From Candidatus Woesearchaeota archaeon (lineage in GTDB: Archaea; Nanobdellota; Nanobdellia; Pacearchaeales; GW2011-AR1): a stretch of DNA of 63,067 bases. The notes below the pieces were generated by a model that was not told where the DNA came from, made no database searches, and worked only from the letters and a program-made list of their open reading frames with translations. Below, piece after piece: positions 18,171-27,585 of the stretch. Location: positions 24,848 through 87,914 of the forward strand of contig CAZYIS010000003.1 of NCBI GenBank assembly GCA_964647695.1, given 5' to 3'. The number at the start of each line of letters is the position of its first letter. The first letter of the stretch is position 1. The position numbers and the translations under genes were made by a program.

Positions 18171-18739
18171 CATCCGATAAAAGCAATGTTTTAACCAAAT
18201 ATCACATACTGATGACTCAGAGTAAAACCACTAAAGTAACTAATGAACCTTTAACTAAAAAAACAGCGGATGAAAGAATTGAAAAGCTAAGAAATAATAG
18301 TTTCAATCCCCCCTATAAGATATCTTATGAAATAGTTCCAGTAGAAATCAAATTACCAAAAGCAGGTCTACCTATTGTAGGAGATAGCCTATACGTTCCA
18401 GGAGGATTAGAAAACACATTAATTAGTTCAGGACTAGATAAGGTTTTTATAAAAAGAATTATAGGTGGTCTAGCCACAGTCAATTCACTTAGATGTGTGA
18501 ATGATGAATTCTGGGTTGTAGATTTCAAAGAATTGACCTATCCAAATACCCATACTGGATGTGCTGACTTATCCGAAGATCGTGTTCCTTATCTATTAGA
18601 ATCACTTCAGAAGAATCAATCAAGATACGAAAGACTTTACGGAAAAAGAGAAGCTAGAATTATATGTGATAGAGACAGCGCAAGAGGAGCAGTTGCAGGA
18701 CAAGACTTTCGTGATTCAAACGAAGGAGATTGGAAATGA
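18167..18739 (+). CDS. operon gene 3: hypothetical protein
   Basis: 190 aa. ATGA overlap with gene 2, with GGAGGAG 8 nt upstream of the ATG. Confidence 0.6.
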   Translation: MTSDKSNVLTKYHILMTQSKTTKVTNEPLTKKTADERIEKLRNNSFNPPYKISYEIVPVEIKLPKAGLPIVGDSLYVPGGLENTLISSGLDKVFIKRIIGGLATVNSLRCVNDEFWVVDFKELTYPNTHTGCADLSEDRVPYLLESLQKNQSRYERLYGKREARIICDRDSARGAVAGQDFRDSNEGDWK

Positions 18740-19488
18740 ACGCTCTATCTAAAAATATAGTTATTGGAGCAACAGGACTAGCATCATTAGTTGCCCCTAT
18801 GCAAACAAATGCTCAAACCCTCGAAGTAGCAGATCAAAAGCCATTGATAAATAGCCCATACATAAGTTCAACCATTAAAAGTGAATATGGTGGATCAAGA
18901 GGGTTCACATCTTCAACCGGTGGAGCCTGGCAAAATGATTTTGGATTTAACATTGGCAAGGTTACATTCGATTGCTGGTCTAACTTTGATGTTCAAAAAA
19001 ACAAGCTAAACGAAATAGACTATGGTCTTTCCTATGGATTCAATTTTAAGGGTAACAATATTAGCATTAGTGCTACTGATTTCACATCTCCAACCAGTGA
19101 TTTCAAAAACTGTGTTGAAATTGGAGTTAATGTATCAAGAAATCTAACCTCAGGTAAATATCCTCTATCAGTCAATGCCTATGCAGGAGAATTATTTGGA
19201 GTAAAAGAATATGAAGGACAATTCTTCAGTCTTGGACTTAATCAATCAGTTCCAATTGTAAAGAATGTAAAACTAGATCTTTCAACCATGGTTGCCTATG
19301 ATAATCATTACTTTGGAGTTCAAGGTTCTGGATTTTCTCACGCCCAGGTAGGAGCAGGCCTAGATGTCAAACTAATGAAAGATATTCATGTAAAACCTTT
19401 TGTCTCAGTTCAAAAAGCTGTTGAAAGTTTAGGGGGAACTTTCAAAGACAATTTAGTTTACGGACTAACTGTCAGCAAGTCTTGGTAA
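18736..19488 (+). CDS. operon gene 4: secreted beta-rich protein with OMP-like C-terminus
   Basis: I place the start at the ATG at 18736 (ATGA overlap, GGAG upstream) rather than the TTG at 18730. Signal peptide MNALSKNIVIGATGLASLVAPMQTNA|QT. Alternating pattern throughout. It ends ...LVYGLTVSKSW. 250 aa. Confidence 0.65.
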   Translation: MNALSKNIVIGATGLASLVAPMQTNAQTLEVADQKPLINSPYISSTIKSEYGGSRGFTSSTGGAWQNDFGFNIGKVTFDCWSNFDVQKNKLNEIDYGLSYGFNFKGNNISISATDFTSPTSDFKNCVEIGVNVSRNLTSGKYPLSVNAYAGELFGVKEYEGQFFSLGLNQSVPIVKNVKLDLSTMVAYDNHYFGVQGSGFSHAQVGAGLDVKLMKDIHVKPFVSVQKAVESLGGTFKDNLVYGLTVSKSW

Positions 19489-19489
19489 A

Positions 19490-19963
19490 ATGGCAACCGA
19501 CTATGGACTTACTGCAAAAATATTAGAACAAAATAATCCTAAAAATCTATTTGAGCTCATTAAGGGAGATTATAAACCATTTTCAAATTTCAAAATAAAA
19601 GTAGATAATAAAAACTTTGAAGAAATTAATCATAAAGGAACTGTAAAAGCAATAAGAGATAGACTAAAAGGCCTACATTTAACTCTAAGAAGAACCTCTA
19701 ATGAAAGAATACCCTATTTAGAAATAAATCCTTCCAGAGCAGGACAGATTATCCTAAATCCATATAATGCAGAGGTTATACAAACACACCAGGAATCAAA
19801 AAATGCTAGTATCACTTATGAAAATGACTCTTTAATGCATGGAAGAAGCCTAAGGGTATATGAAGAAGGTAATTCATCTTTGGAAATTAAACTAGATGAC
19901 CAATTTCCCTACATGCTAAAATCCATGGATCCAGACAAAACTGGACTGGGAGCAAGAAAATGA
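19490..19963 (+). CDS. operon gene 5: hypothetical protein
   Basis: 157 aa. It starts 1 nt after the gene 4 stop. Confidence 0.6.
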   Translation: MATDYGLTAKILEQNNPKNLFELIKGDYKPFSNFKIKVDNKNFEEINHKGTVKAIRDRLKGLHLTLRRTSNERIPYLEINPSRAGQIILNPYNAEVIQTHQESKNASITYENDSLMHGRSLRVYEEGNSSLEIKLDDQFPYMLKSMDPDKTGLGARK

Positions 19964-20208
19964 GTAAAGAAGACATTGCTTTTGCGATAGGTGCCACATT
20001 TCTAGTTGTTTCTGCATGCACTATTGCATACAGAGGATTTGAAAGAAAATTAGAAAAAGTAGTATCACAGTCTAATCCTGCTCTAGTAACTGCTAACACT
20101 ATAGGCAATTCAACTCCTGATAAATTCTATCAAATAGGGACCAACAGAGCCTATGTTGAAATTGACGGCCGTTCTATTGAAAGTTATAATTTCGGAGGCA
20201 TGAAATAA
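19960..20208 (+). CDS. operon gene 6: small single-pass membrane protein
   Basis: 82 aa with one TM helix (IAFAIGATFLVVSACTIAY). ATGA overlap with gene 5. Confidence 0.55.
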   Translation: MSKEDIAFAIGATFLVVSACTIAYRGFERKLEKVVSQSNPALVTANTIGNSTPDKFYQIGTNRAYVEIDGRSIESYNFGGMK

Positions 20209-21011
20209 TGACTGCCATAAAAACCAATGGATATTCACGTTCTTCTGAACAAAGAGTATTTAGCGGTGGAAAAAATCATGATTGGATTTTTGACTATCCT
20301 GGAGTTTTTTACGATAAAGGATACAAATTAGAAGATGTTTCTTTCAAAGAAGAAAATGCAGGTATAATAAACCTGGGTCTACTTTCAGTAACTGGAAATG
20401 TTAGTTATTTTAATCAAAACCTAGGTAGACTTAAACTTGGTTCAACCACAAGTTCTTTTTTTTGGTTAACTCTAACTGATTTAAAAAATTCAATCAAAGA
20501 AAAAAATCTTCCAGCAATCTCTAATGAAGATGAAAAAGTTCTAGAAGAAAAACTAGCCTATTCATTAGGTAACTGGGCCAATCTAAGAAGAACCTATAAT
20601 CGTGAGAATACTGGAATTCCAGCAGAAATATATATGGAATTTGAAAATGAGGGCAGTCCAACACCCATAATAAGAGTCGGACTGGAAAACCTTGCCTATT
20701 TACCTATGCATCAAGATAAACCAGCAGTCTTTGCAACACCCTATTTTATAACCGGAAGAGCTAATTTACTAGATAAGGTAAAAGCAGTCTGTAATATATT
20801 CAAAACTAATGATAGTGTTAAACTAGGCAAATCTAGTCTGACTAAAACCTATCTACCAAGACTTAATTTTACAAAAAGTGAACTTAAAGGCACAGGACCT
20901 GCCGAGTATGAAGTTAAACTTACCTATTCTTTTAAAGAATTAAGAGAATATGCCTTAACCTGTCCAACAGTTCCAAGAGACGGCATTTCTCCAGGAGGAA
21001 ATGCAAAATGA
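20208..21011 (+). CDS. operon gene 7: hypothetical protein
   Basis: 267 aa. TAATG overlap with gene 6, with GGAGG upstream. Confidence 0.6.
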   Translation: MTAIKTNGYSRSSEQRVFSGGKNHDWIFDYPGVFYDKGYKLEDVSFKEENAGIINLGLLSVTGNVSYFNQNLGRLKLGSTTSSFFWLTLTDLKNSIKEKNLPAISNEDEKVLEEKLAYSLGNWANLRRTYNRENTGIPAEIYMEFENEGSPTPIIRVGLENLAYLPMHQDKPAVFATPYFITGRANLLDKVKAVCNIFKTNDSVKLGKSSLTKTYLPRLNFTKSELKGTGPAEYEVKLTYSFKELREYALTCPTVPRDGISPGGNAK

Positions 21012-21787
21012 AAGACTTTAAGATGGATTGGCTGCCTTTAATCGAAATACCTAAAACTATTCCAGGTGTTAGTTTTATTTATGATGCCACATTACTAAAG
21101 GAATATGATGACCGAGTAGAAGCCGATTTCGATAATAATCCTGCTTTAAAAATTCTAGATTATAGTCAAGGAGTTGTAAGAGGATCTAATCCTTTTGCCG
21201 TTGCACTAATTAATTCTATCGTTTCTCCCCTAGGATATAGAGTTGCAAATCAAGCAGACCTAGAAAAGACATTAAAAATGAGTGATCTTCCATTATCAGG
21301 TCGCTATGAAGATACTGCTTTAGTTCTAAGAAATAGAGAGAATCCAAATTCATATTTAGCTGGAAATCTTGCAGACCAAGTTGAAAAGAGAGTATATAAT
21401 ATAAATAATCTAAAAAAACCTTTAGTTATTCCACTCTCGGGATTAGAAGTTGTAAAAGATAATAATTCTGAATATGGACTTGCTTTCAAATTAACTGACA
21501 AAGCACAAATAATTGTAGCTCCAATATTATCAAAAAATAATGGAAGCTATATTGATTCATCTGAAATGAACTCAGAAACTGGACTTCCAAATTGCATATT
21601 TACTAATGCTAAACCTGGAAATAGACAATTATGGACTAGAGGTTCTGGACTTTCAAGATTGTTGATTAATGGTGATCTAGATCTTGACTCAAAGGACACT
21701 AATCTGTTTAACTCTGGCTCCTATGGTAGAATAGTTTTGGTAAATGATAAATTAGATTCAAGAATATTATTCGGAGGAAGAAAATGA
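21008..21787 (+). CDS. operon gene 8: hypothetical protein
   Basis: 259 aa. ATGA overlap, with CCAGGAGGA upstream. Confidence 0.6.
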   Translation: MKDFKMDWLPLIEIPKTIPGVSFIYDATLLKEYDDRVEADFDNNPALKILDYSQGVVRGSNPFAVALINSIVSPLGYRVANQADLEKTLKMSDLPLSGRYEDTALVLRNRENPNSYLAGNLADQVEKRVYNINNLKKPLVIPLSGLEVVKDNNSEYGLAFKLTDKAQIIVAPILSKNNGSYIDSSEMNSETGLPNCIFTNAKPGNRQLWTRGSGLSRLLINGDLDLDSKDTNLFNSGSYGRIVLVNDKLDSRILFGGRK

Positions 21788-22278
21788 ATTCTACTAAAAA
21801 AAGAATAATATCTTTAATGACTGCAGGAATGTTAACTGGAGTTCTAGGGATGTATGATGGAATAAATACCATATTTGATTATCAAGAAACAAAAGAAGTC
21901 TCCTCTCTTAAAGAAAAAGGGATCTCAGCAGTAAAAACATTAGAAACTCTTGAAAGAGAAAGAAATTGGATTACACCCCTTCCAAAAATAGATTATTCAT
22001 CTGAAAAATTAAAACCCTATTTAGATTCACTCACTAACTTTTATGCTCATAATGATGAGAAAATAAAAACATTGGATGATGCAATTACCATTGTTAAATC
22101 CGACCTAGAAACAATAACAAATAATCCAGTCTATCTGAGAGATAGATCTGAAGTAAAACAAATGGAAAGAAATGCAGAGATGCATTTCTTTGGAGGATTT
22201 GGTTTAATATTAGTTTCATTATGTTATGGAATAGAGTCACTAGTATCAAATAAATCTAAGGATGAGGGTAAAAAATGA
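21784..22278 (+). CDS. operon gene 9: two-pass membrane protein
   Basis: 164 aa. TM helices IISLMTAGMLTGVLGMY and FFGGFGLILVSLCYGI flank a roughly 110-aa loop. ATGA overlap, with GGAGG at 21773-21777. Confidence 0.6.
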   Translation: MNSTKKRIISLMTAGMLTGVLGMYDGINTIFDYQETKEVSSLKEKGISAVKTLETLERERNWITPLPKIDYSSEKLKPYLDSLTNFYAHNDEKIKTLDDAITIVKSDLETITNNPVYLRDRSEVKQMERNAEMHFFGGFGLILVSLCYGIESLVSNKSKDEGKK

Positions 22279-22532
22279 CTGCCTATGAATTAAGCGAAGT
22301 TGTAAAAATAGCAAGAGTATACTGTGAATTAGAAGCCCAAACCATAAATTTTTATGCAGAAAGTTTTTCGGGTAAGAAAGAAGTATTAGAAACTGCTAAA
22401 TCATGTATTAAAGCAATAAAAGAATATAGATTAATTCCCGAAGAAATAAGAAAAGAGTTTAATCATGGAAATTTAGAGTATAATGAATTAGAAAAATTAT
22501 GTAATGATACTATATTAGGAGGAAAGAAATGA
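22275..22532 (+). CDS. operon gene 10: hypothetical small protein
   Basis: 85 aa with ATGA overlap. It shares its first 13 nt (ATGACTGCCTATG) with gene 11. Confidence 0.55.
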   Translation: MTAYELSEVVKIARVYCELEAQTINFYAESFSGKKEVLETAKSCIKAIKEYRLIPEEIRKEFNHGNLEYNELEKLCNDTILGGKK

Positions 22533-22774
22533 CTGCCTATGTAGCCGTATTCAAAGACCTAAAGGGCAAATATCTTCCTAACTTTTGTTCCGATGAAAGT
22601 GCTCACGAGGCAAATCTAGCTCTAGGAAAAGAATTAAACTATGAACTAGTCTATCAAAACAATTTCAGAAGCTATGAACCCTGCCTAGTTGTAGAAAAAT
22701 TCATTAGAGATGCCAATGAAAAAGGTAAATTTGATGCTAAAGATCTAGAATCTAGATTGGGAGTAAAGAAATGA
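22529..22774 (+). CDS. operon gene 11: hypothetical small protein
   Basis: 81 aa. ATGA overlap, with GGAGGA upstream. Confidence 0.55.
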   Translation: MTAYVAVFKDLKGKYLPNFCSDESAHEANLALGKELNYELVYQNNFRSYEPCLVVEKFIRDANEKGKFDAKDLESRLGVKK

Positions 22775-23796
22775 AATCTCAAATATCATTAGATAATCGA
22801 CTTTTTGGAATCCCTTGTAGAGAAGTTGTAACCTACACAGTTCATTCACTAATAAAGCATTTTGATTTTTTCAATAAACTTGGAAAAAATGAATGGACTT
22901 TTGAAAAAATAACAAAAGAATTTGGTTTCGATGGAAGAGTATTTGATGCAACCTTAAACTATCTAAGAAAAGAAGGATTATTAGAAAAATCAGGTATAGA
23001 CTCAACAAAATATGTTTTAACAAAAGACGCGTTAAGATTTTTAACAAGAGAGGGTAAAAATGATTTAAGCTCATTCGTAACTATTTTGGAAGGTTGTGTT
23101 CCAAATAAAGCAGCTGATGCAATTGCTTTTGCTTTAACAACAGGCACCTCTGCAAAGTGGAATGAAACAGAAAGTTGGAGTGCGGCTATGAAAAGTGGAG
23201 CAATATCTCAAAGATTTTCAGAAGGAATGATGGCTAGAGGAAAATATCTTTCAGAAACATTAGTTACTTCATTAAAAGATGTTCTTTCTGATAGAAGAAG
23301 TTTACTCGACATCGGAGGATCTTTAGGAGATTATTCTGGAGTCTTCGCTAGAAACAATCCAAATTTACAATGCGCTGTTTTTGATTTACCTAAAGTAATT
23401 GAAGGCACTAAAAGAAATATATCTCAGAGAGGATATGAAAGAGTAATTACTGTGGACGGGGATTTTTTCTCAGATAATTTACCAAAAGGATATGATGCAC
23501 ACTTCTATTCTAACGTTTTACATGATTGGACCCAAGAGAAAGTTAAGGTGTTGCTCAAAAAGTCCCATGAGGCATTAAATCCATCAGGTAAAATTATAAT
23601 TCATGGAATGCACCTAAACTCAGATAAAACTGGACCAGAACTAGCCATAGATCATTCTCTTTATCTTTCAGTATTTACTGAAGGTAGAAACTATTCAACA
23701 AAAGAAATTAGTGAAATGCTTAAAGGTGTAGGTTTCAAGAGATCACAGAAATATCATTCAGCAGGAGGCTATAGTGCTATAGTTGCAACAAAATGA
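22771..23796 (+). CDS. operon gene 12: O-methyltransferase, family 2 (COMT/natural-product type) with N-terminal winged-helix dimerisation domain
   Basis: Motif I LLDIGGSLGDYSG, the family-2 hallmark SNVLHDWTQEK (catalytic His in LHDW) and LNPSGKIIIHG. The N-terminal roughly 100 aa is winged-helix-like (LNYLRKEGLLEK). 341 aa. Confidence 0.8.
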   Translation: MKSQISLDNRLFGIPCREVVTYTVHSLIKHFDFFNKLGKNEWTFEKITKEFGFDGRVFDATLNYLRKEGLLEKSGIDSTKYVLTKDALRFLTREGKNDLSSFVTILEGCVPNKAADAIAFALTTGTSAKWNETESWSAAMKSGAISQRFSEGMMARGKYLSETLVTSLKDVLSDRRSLLDIGGSLGDYSGVFARNNPNLQCAVFDLPKVIEGTKRNISQRGYERVITVDGDFFSDNLPKGYDAHFYSNVLHDWTQEKVKVLLKKSHEALNPSGKIIIHGMHLNSDKTGPELAIDHSLYLSVFTEGRNYSTKEISEMLKGVGFKRSQKYHSAGGYSAIVATK

Positions 23797-24464
23797 AAGA
23801 ATTTAAAGTGAAACATCAGGGAGAGAACCTATTTTTTTATTTTCCCTATGCAGGTAGTGCAGATTTACAAAGTCTAGCAAAGCAAATGAATCTATCAGCA
23901 GTGACATTTCCAACATTCTCTCAAACAGTTTCTCTTATTTATGAGGCCCATAATCAACCAGATCATCCCATTGCTAAAAGCATTTTAGAATCTTTAAGTC
24001 ATGCTGGGGAGGGATTAACTTCCATGACTCTTGTACGTGGAATGAAAGATTATATTCAGATAATTGAAGGCAAAGATTTACAATATGAATTTAAGATTCA
24101 TTCACTTCAAGAACTTGCAGAGAAAGGTATACTTGAACATAAAAACAACACAATAAGAACCTCGAGTTATGGGAGGAATGATAATAATTTAGGTCCTTTA
24201 GAATTAGAAAGAAATGAATATATTAATAAAATCGCAGGAGATGAAGGAGCTAAAAAGATTGCCGAACTTGTAGCCTATAGTAATAAACCTGCAGAGATAA
24301 CACAACCATATCAAGATCAAGTAGGTGCGGCGATTATAAGAAAATATGATGGAAAATTCGAGATAAGCTTTGGAGCAGCAGATCATAGAGTATTTGGCTA
24401 CATGCCCTGGAGATCTAATAAACAAAAAAGTTTAGTTTCTAGACTTATTAGAGGTAAAAAATGA
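23793..24464 (+). CDS. operon gene 13: hypothetical protein
   Basis: 223 aa with ATGA overlap. Confidence 0.6.
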   Translation: MKEFKVKHQGENLFFYFPYAGSADLQSLAKQMNLSAVTFPTFSQTVSLIYEAHNQPDHPIAKSILESLSHAGEGLTSMTLVRGMKDYIQIIEGKDLQYEFKIHSLQELAEKGILEHKNNTIRTSSYGRNDNNLGPLELERNEYINKIAGDEGAKKIAELVAYSNKPAEITQPYQDQVGAAIIRKYDGKFEISFGAADHRVFGYMPWRSNKQKSLVSRLIRGKK

Positions 24465-24895
24465 CTACTAAATTATCTCAAAGACAATATAATGGATTTG
24501 TAGATACATTACTAGAAAGACCTGCAAAAGGCTGGAAGAATGATTTTTCAGAAACTCGAAATGTTTTTTATCCTGACATGTCCCATAGAGGTGAATCTAA
24601 ATATAAACAATACTCTACAGTTGTAAGAAATGGAAAGTTAAAAGGACACAGATTAGAGTTATATTTTAGCTGGACTGAAGTATCCGCCCATAACGTATCC
24701 TCCGATGAAAACATACGTGAAGATAGAGTGACTATATCTAACGAAAGAATCCCCGAACCCTATTACGCATTAACAATTAAGAAAGGTAGAAAAACAGTTT
24801 ATGAATCAGAAAGCCGAAACCTTGAGGGCACTTATTGGGATCATAGATTGAAAGATCTACATGAAAATATTAAAAAGAATAGGAGCAGTCCATGA
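24461..24895 (+). CDS. operon gene 14: hypothetical protein
   Basis: 144 aa with ATGA overlap. Confidence 0.6.
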   Translation: MTTKLSQRQYNGFVDTLLERPAKGWKNDFSETRNVFYPDMSHRGESKYKQYSTVVRNGKLKGHRLELYFSWTEVSAHNVSSDENIREDRVTISNERIPEPYYALTIKKGRKTVYESESRNLEGTYWDHRLKDLHENIKKNRSSP

Positions 24896-25590
24896 CCTAT
24901 CAAGTTAATTTCACTCAAGAACAAATAGAAAGAATAAAAGAAGCAAGAAAGGGATTAGTAGCAAAAACACTGGAAGTGCCGGCCCATGGAAAAATTGTTG
25001 AACATGAAGGAAAACCTGGAAATTATTATTTTGTTCTTCCAACAGTTTTTCAACCAAACGCAGGTTGCATTCCATTAATTGAAAATTATAAAATAAATAA
25101 AGGCGAAAGAGTTCTAGATTTTGGAACTGGATGTGGAGTAATAGCCATAGATTCTGCAAAAAGAGGAGCCCATGTGGCTGTTGGAATAGATATAAATAAA
25201 GAAGCCGTAAGAAGTGGTAAAATAAATGCTATTTTACATAAAGTTAATGATAATTGTCTAATTTACGATGGTGAAATTGTTAAGAATGGTAAAAAAGATT
25301 TTAATGTTATAACTGCAAACCTTCCTTTCACCAATGAAATTTGCTCAAAAATAGAAGAAAAAGCAGCCTATGATCAAGGATTAACTGCCCATAGAGAATT
25401 ATTCCAACTAGCAGAAAACAGATTAACTAAATTTGGAAGAGTATATTTAGCCCAAGCAAACTTCGGTGCAGTAGATGAAGTTTTAGATTTAGCAAAAGAA
25501 CATGGATTTTCTCACAGATTAATTGGTCAAAAAGAAGCCTGGGAACCTTCAGCAGTCTTCTATGCTTTTGAACTTTGGAGGAAAAAATGA
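24892..25590 (+). CDS. operon gene 15: SAM-dependent methyltransferase, small-domain (HemK/PrmC/RsmC-like) N-methyltransferase type
   Basis: Motif I VLDFGTGCGVIAI, motif II GIDINKEAV, motif IV ITANLPF (NPPY-class variant). 232 aa. Confidence 0.75.
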   Translation: MTYQVNFTQEQIERIKEARKGLVAKTLEVPAHGKIVEHEGKPGNYYFVLPTVFQPNAGCIPLIENYKINKGERVLDFGTGCGVIAIDSAKRGAHVAVGIDINKEAVRSGKINAILHKVNDNCLIYDGEIVKNGKKDFNVITANLPFTNEICSKIEEKAAYDQGLTAHRELFQLAENRLTKFGRVYLAQANFGAVDEVLDLAKEHGFSHRLIGQKEAWEPSAVFYAFELWRKK

Positions 25591-26189
25591 CTTCATTTAT
25601 AATCAACCCCAATTCAATTAAATGGTATGTTGCTAATGTCCAAGAAGCCACTAAACCAAGTCATGAATGGAATGGCATAACTGATTATGACTCACATTTA
25701 AATGATATTAGAGCAAAGAATAAAGAAGAATATGAATCTGCATTAAAAGACGCCTGGAACCAAACCAATCCTTTAGTGAAAGCCTATCTAAAATTCAGAG
25801 GAAAAAATCCAAGTATCGATTCTAGAATTATGGAACCTGCAATGCTAGAGTTTCTAATAGGATTAGAATCGCAGACCATGAAAAATCTAGAACTAAGATA
25901 TGCTTTAAAACCCGATACGGACAAAGCAGTAGATATTTCTTCCCTAACTCCTGACGTTCATCCTAAAACCTATCAATGCAGCGACCTAGAAATTAATAAA
26001 GAAGGTTTTGGAAATGAAAGATATAAATTACTATTGGAAAATGCATTTTCCGATGCACAAAAAAGTAGATTTGATTTCGTTTCGGTTTCAGAACCAAGAT
26101 TTATTTCCTATAGACATTCAGATTTTGCTTCCTGGTCTGGAAAAATTCCAATTTACCAAATGAACGCAACATTCTGGAGGAAAAGATGA
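25587..26189 (+). CDS. operon gene 16: hypothetical protein
   Basis: I place the start at the ATG at 25587 (ATGA overlap, TGGAGGA upstream) rather than the TTG at 25575. 200 aa. Confidence 0.6.
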   Translation: MTSFIINPNSIKWYVANVQEATKPSHEWNGITDYDSHLNDIRAKNKEEYESALKDAWNQTNPLVKAYLKFRGKNPSIDSRIMEPAMLEFLIGLESQTMKNLELRYALKPDTDKAVDISSLTPDVHPKTYQCSDLEINKEGFGNERYKLLLENAFSDAQKSRFDFVSVSEPRFISYRHSDFASWSGKIPIYQMNATFWRKR

Positions 26190-26887
26190 CATCTGACATA
26201 AATCAAAACAAACTCTCCACCCAATATGATGAAATAGGCAAAGAATATCTTTCCGCACGAGAAGCATTCTATCAAAACGTAGCCGATGGAGCTAAATTAT
26301 TCATTGATTCCCAATTAACAAGAGTAAAACCTACAAGAGGGCGTTTCTTACTTGATATAGGATGCGGAGATTGTAGCGATACTGAAAAATACAAAAAATT
26401 AGGTTTCAAAACATTTGGTTTAGACTCATCAAGAGTTATGCTAGATAAAGCTATAGAAAAAGGATTTGATCCAGAACATCTAATTCATTCAAGTATGGAT
26501 AATATTCCTGCAAGCGAGAAATCATTTGATGTCCTAACCTCTCGTTACGCATTACATTACCTTGAAAATTTAGATCCTGCATTTGAAGAATTTGCAAGAA
26601 TTATAAAACCAGAAGGATTATTAGTATTCATTGTAGGTCATCCATTAAACAATTTACTAAGACAACAAAATAAAGTCTATGGAGAAAAAGAAGTAATAGA
26701 AGTTCCACTTTATGGAGATAAAACCACTGTAAAGAGTGTAAGCCATACCTTCTCAGATTACATTTCTCCTACTTTCCTAAATAATTTTGATCTTCTTCAT
26801 TTAGAAGAAGGCAAACAAAAAAATGAAAAAGAAATCGAAGGATTCCAAACACCTGGATTTCTGGGTTTTGTAGGGAGGAAAAGATGA
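26186..26887 (+). CDS. operon gene 17: class I SAM-dependent methyltransferase
   Basis: Motif I LLDIGCGDCSD, GLDSSRVML, FDVLTSRYALHYL, IKPEGLLVF. 233 aa. Confidence 0.8.
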   Translation: MTSDINQNKLSTQYDEIGKEYLSAREAFYQNVADGAKLFIDSQLTRVKPTRGRFLLDIGCGDCSDTEKYKKLGFKTFGLDSSRVMLDKAIEKGFDPEHLIHSSMDNIPASEKSFDVLTSRYALHYLENLDPAFEEFARIIKPEGLLVFIVGHPLNNLLRQQNKVYGEKEVIEVPLYGDKTTVKSVSHTFSDYISPTFLNNFDLLHLEEGKQKNEKEIEGFQTPGFLGFVGRKR

Positions 26888-27585
26888 CAGACCTATTTAA
26901 ATTAGTTAAAGAAACTAATCCTGCCTGGCTTCAAGAGTCTCTAGATAAAGAAGCTAAGTTCATACTAGAACAAGCAGCCGAATCAAGAATTAGTAAAATA
27001 TTAGCTAATGAACTAGGAACTAAAGAATCTAAAATACGTAAAATAAGAGAATTTGTAGATAATTCTGAAAAAATGTTAGTACACATTGTCTACCTAGGAC
27101 CCCGAGATAGAAAAGATATCGGCGATGCAATAGCAAAAGCAAATTCTAGATTGGATTATGAATTAAGCTATAGAGATAGTTTAGATGGACTAAATATAAA
27201 AGGAAATTGGGATCATGTCTATTGTTCAACCGCATTATTCGGAGAGTTTTCTAGAACAGAATTATATGACAAGATTAAACAATTGGCTGGAAATCTCGAA
27301 CCTAATGGGCGAGTTTCTTTTGCCTATAGACCCCAAAGAAATGGTCCATTGTCACAGGATATTGAAATAATGTTGAAAAAAGAATCCAGAGTAGACTCCT
27401 TTTCAGATATGATATTATCCTGCTCTAGAAATAGAAGAATAAGGAGATACGATAAATTAGAAGAGACAGAATTATATGATATATTTACTAGACATAACTT
27501 GTTTACCAATGGCGAACCGTATAAAATAGGAGCTTGGGATGTTATGACTGGAATTAAAATTAAAACACCCGAGGTTAAACAATGA
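26884..27585 (+). CDS. operon gene 18: methyltransferase-fold-like protein with degenerate SAM motif
   Basis: WDHVYCSTALFGEFS...LEPNGRVSFAY lines up with FDVLTSRYALHYL...IKPEGLLVFIV of gene 17, but the GxGxG position reads IVYLGPRD. 233 aa. This is a weak call made by eye. Confidence 0.4.
   Translation: MTDLFKLVKETNPAWLQESLDKEAKFILEQAAESRISKILANELGTKESKIRKIREFVDNSEKMLVHIVYLGPRDRKDIGDAIAKANSRLDYELSYRDSLDGLNIKGNWDHVYCSTALFGEFSRTELYDKIKQLAGNLEPNGRVSFAYRPQRNGPLSQDIEIMLKKESRVDSFSDMILSCSRNRRIRRYDKLEETELYDIFTRHNLFTNGEPYKIGAWDVMTGIKIKTPEVKQ

Noticed and set aside
17117-19488. Treating the OMP-like proteins as evidence that the whole window is bacterial
   Set aside because: Surrounding features argue for archaeal origin. 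These are the TTTAAATA boxes at leaderless distance, TrmB and AbrB-PhoU regulators, the OB-fold RecJ-like protein, an A1:U72 tRNA-Met, tRNAs without CCA and a surface protein with a C-terminal TM anchor. A chimeric assembly cannot be excluded from sequence alone.
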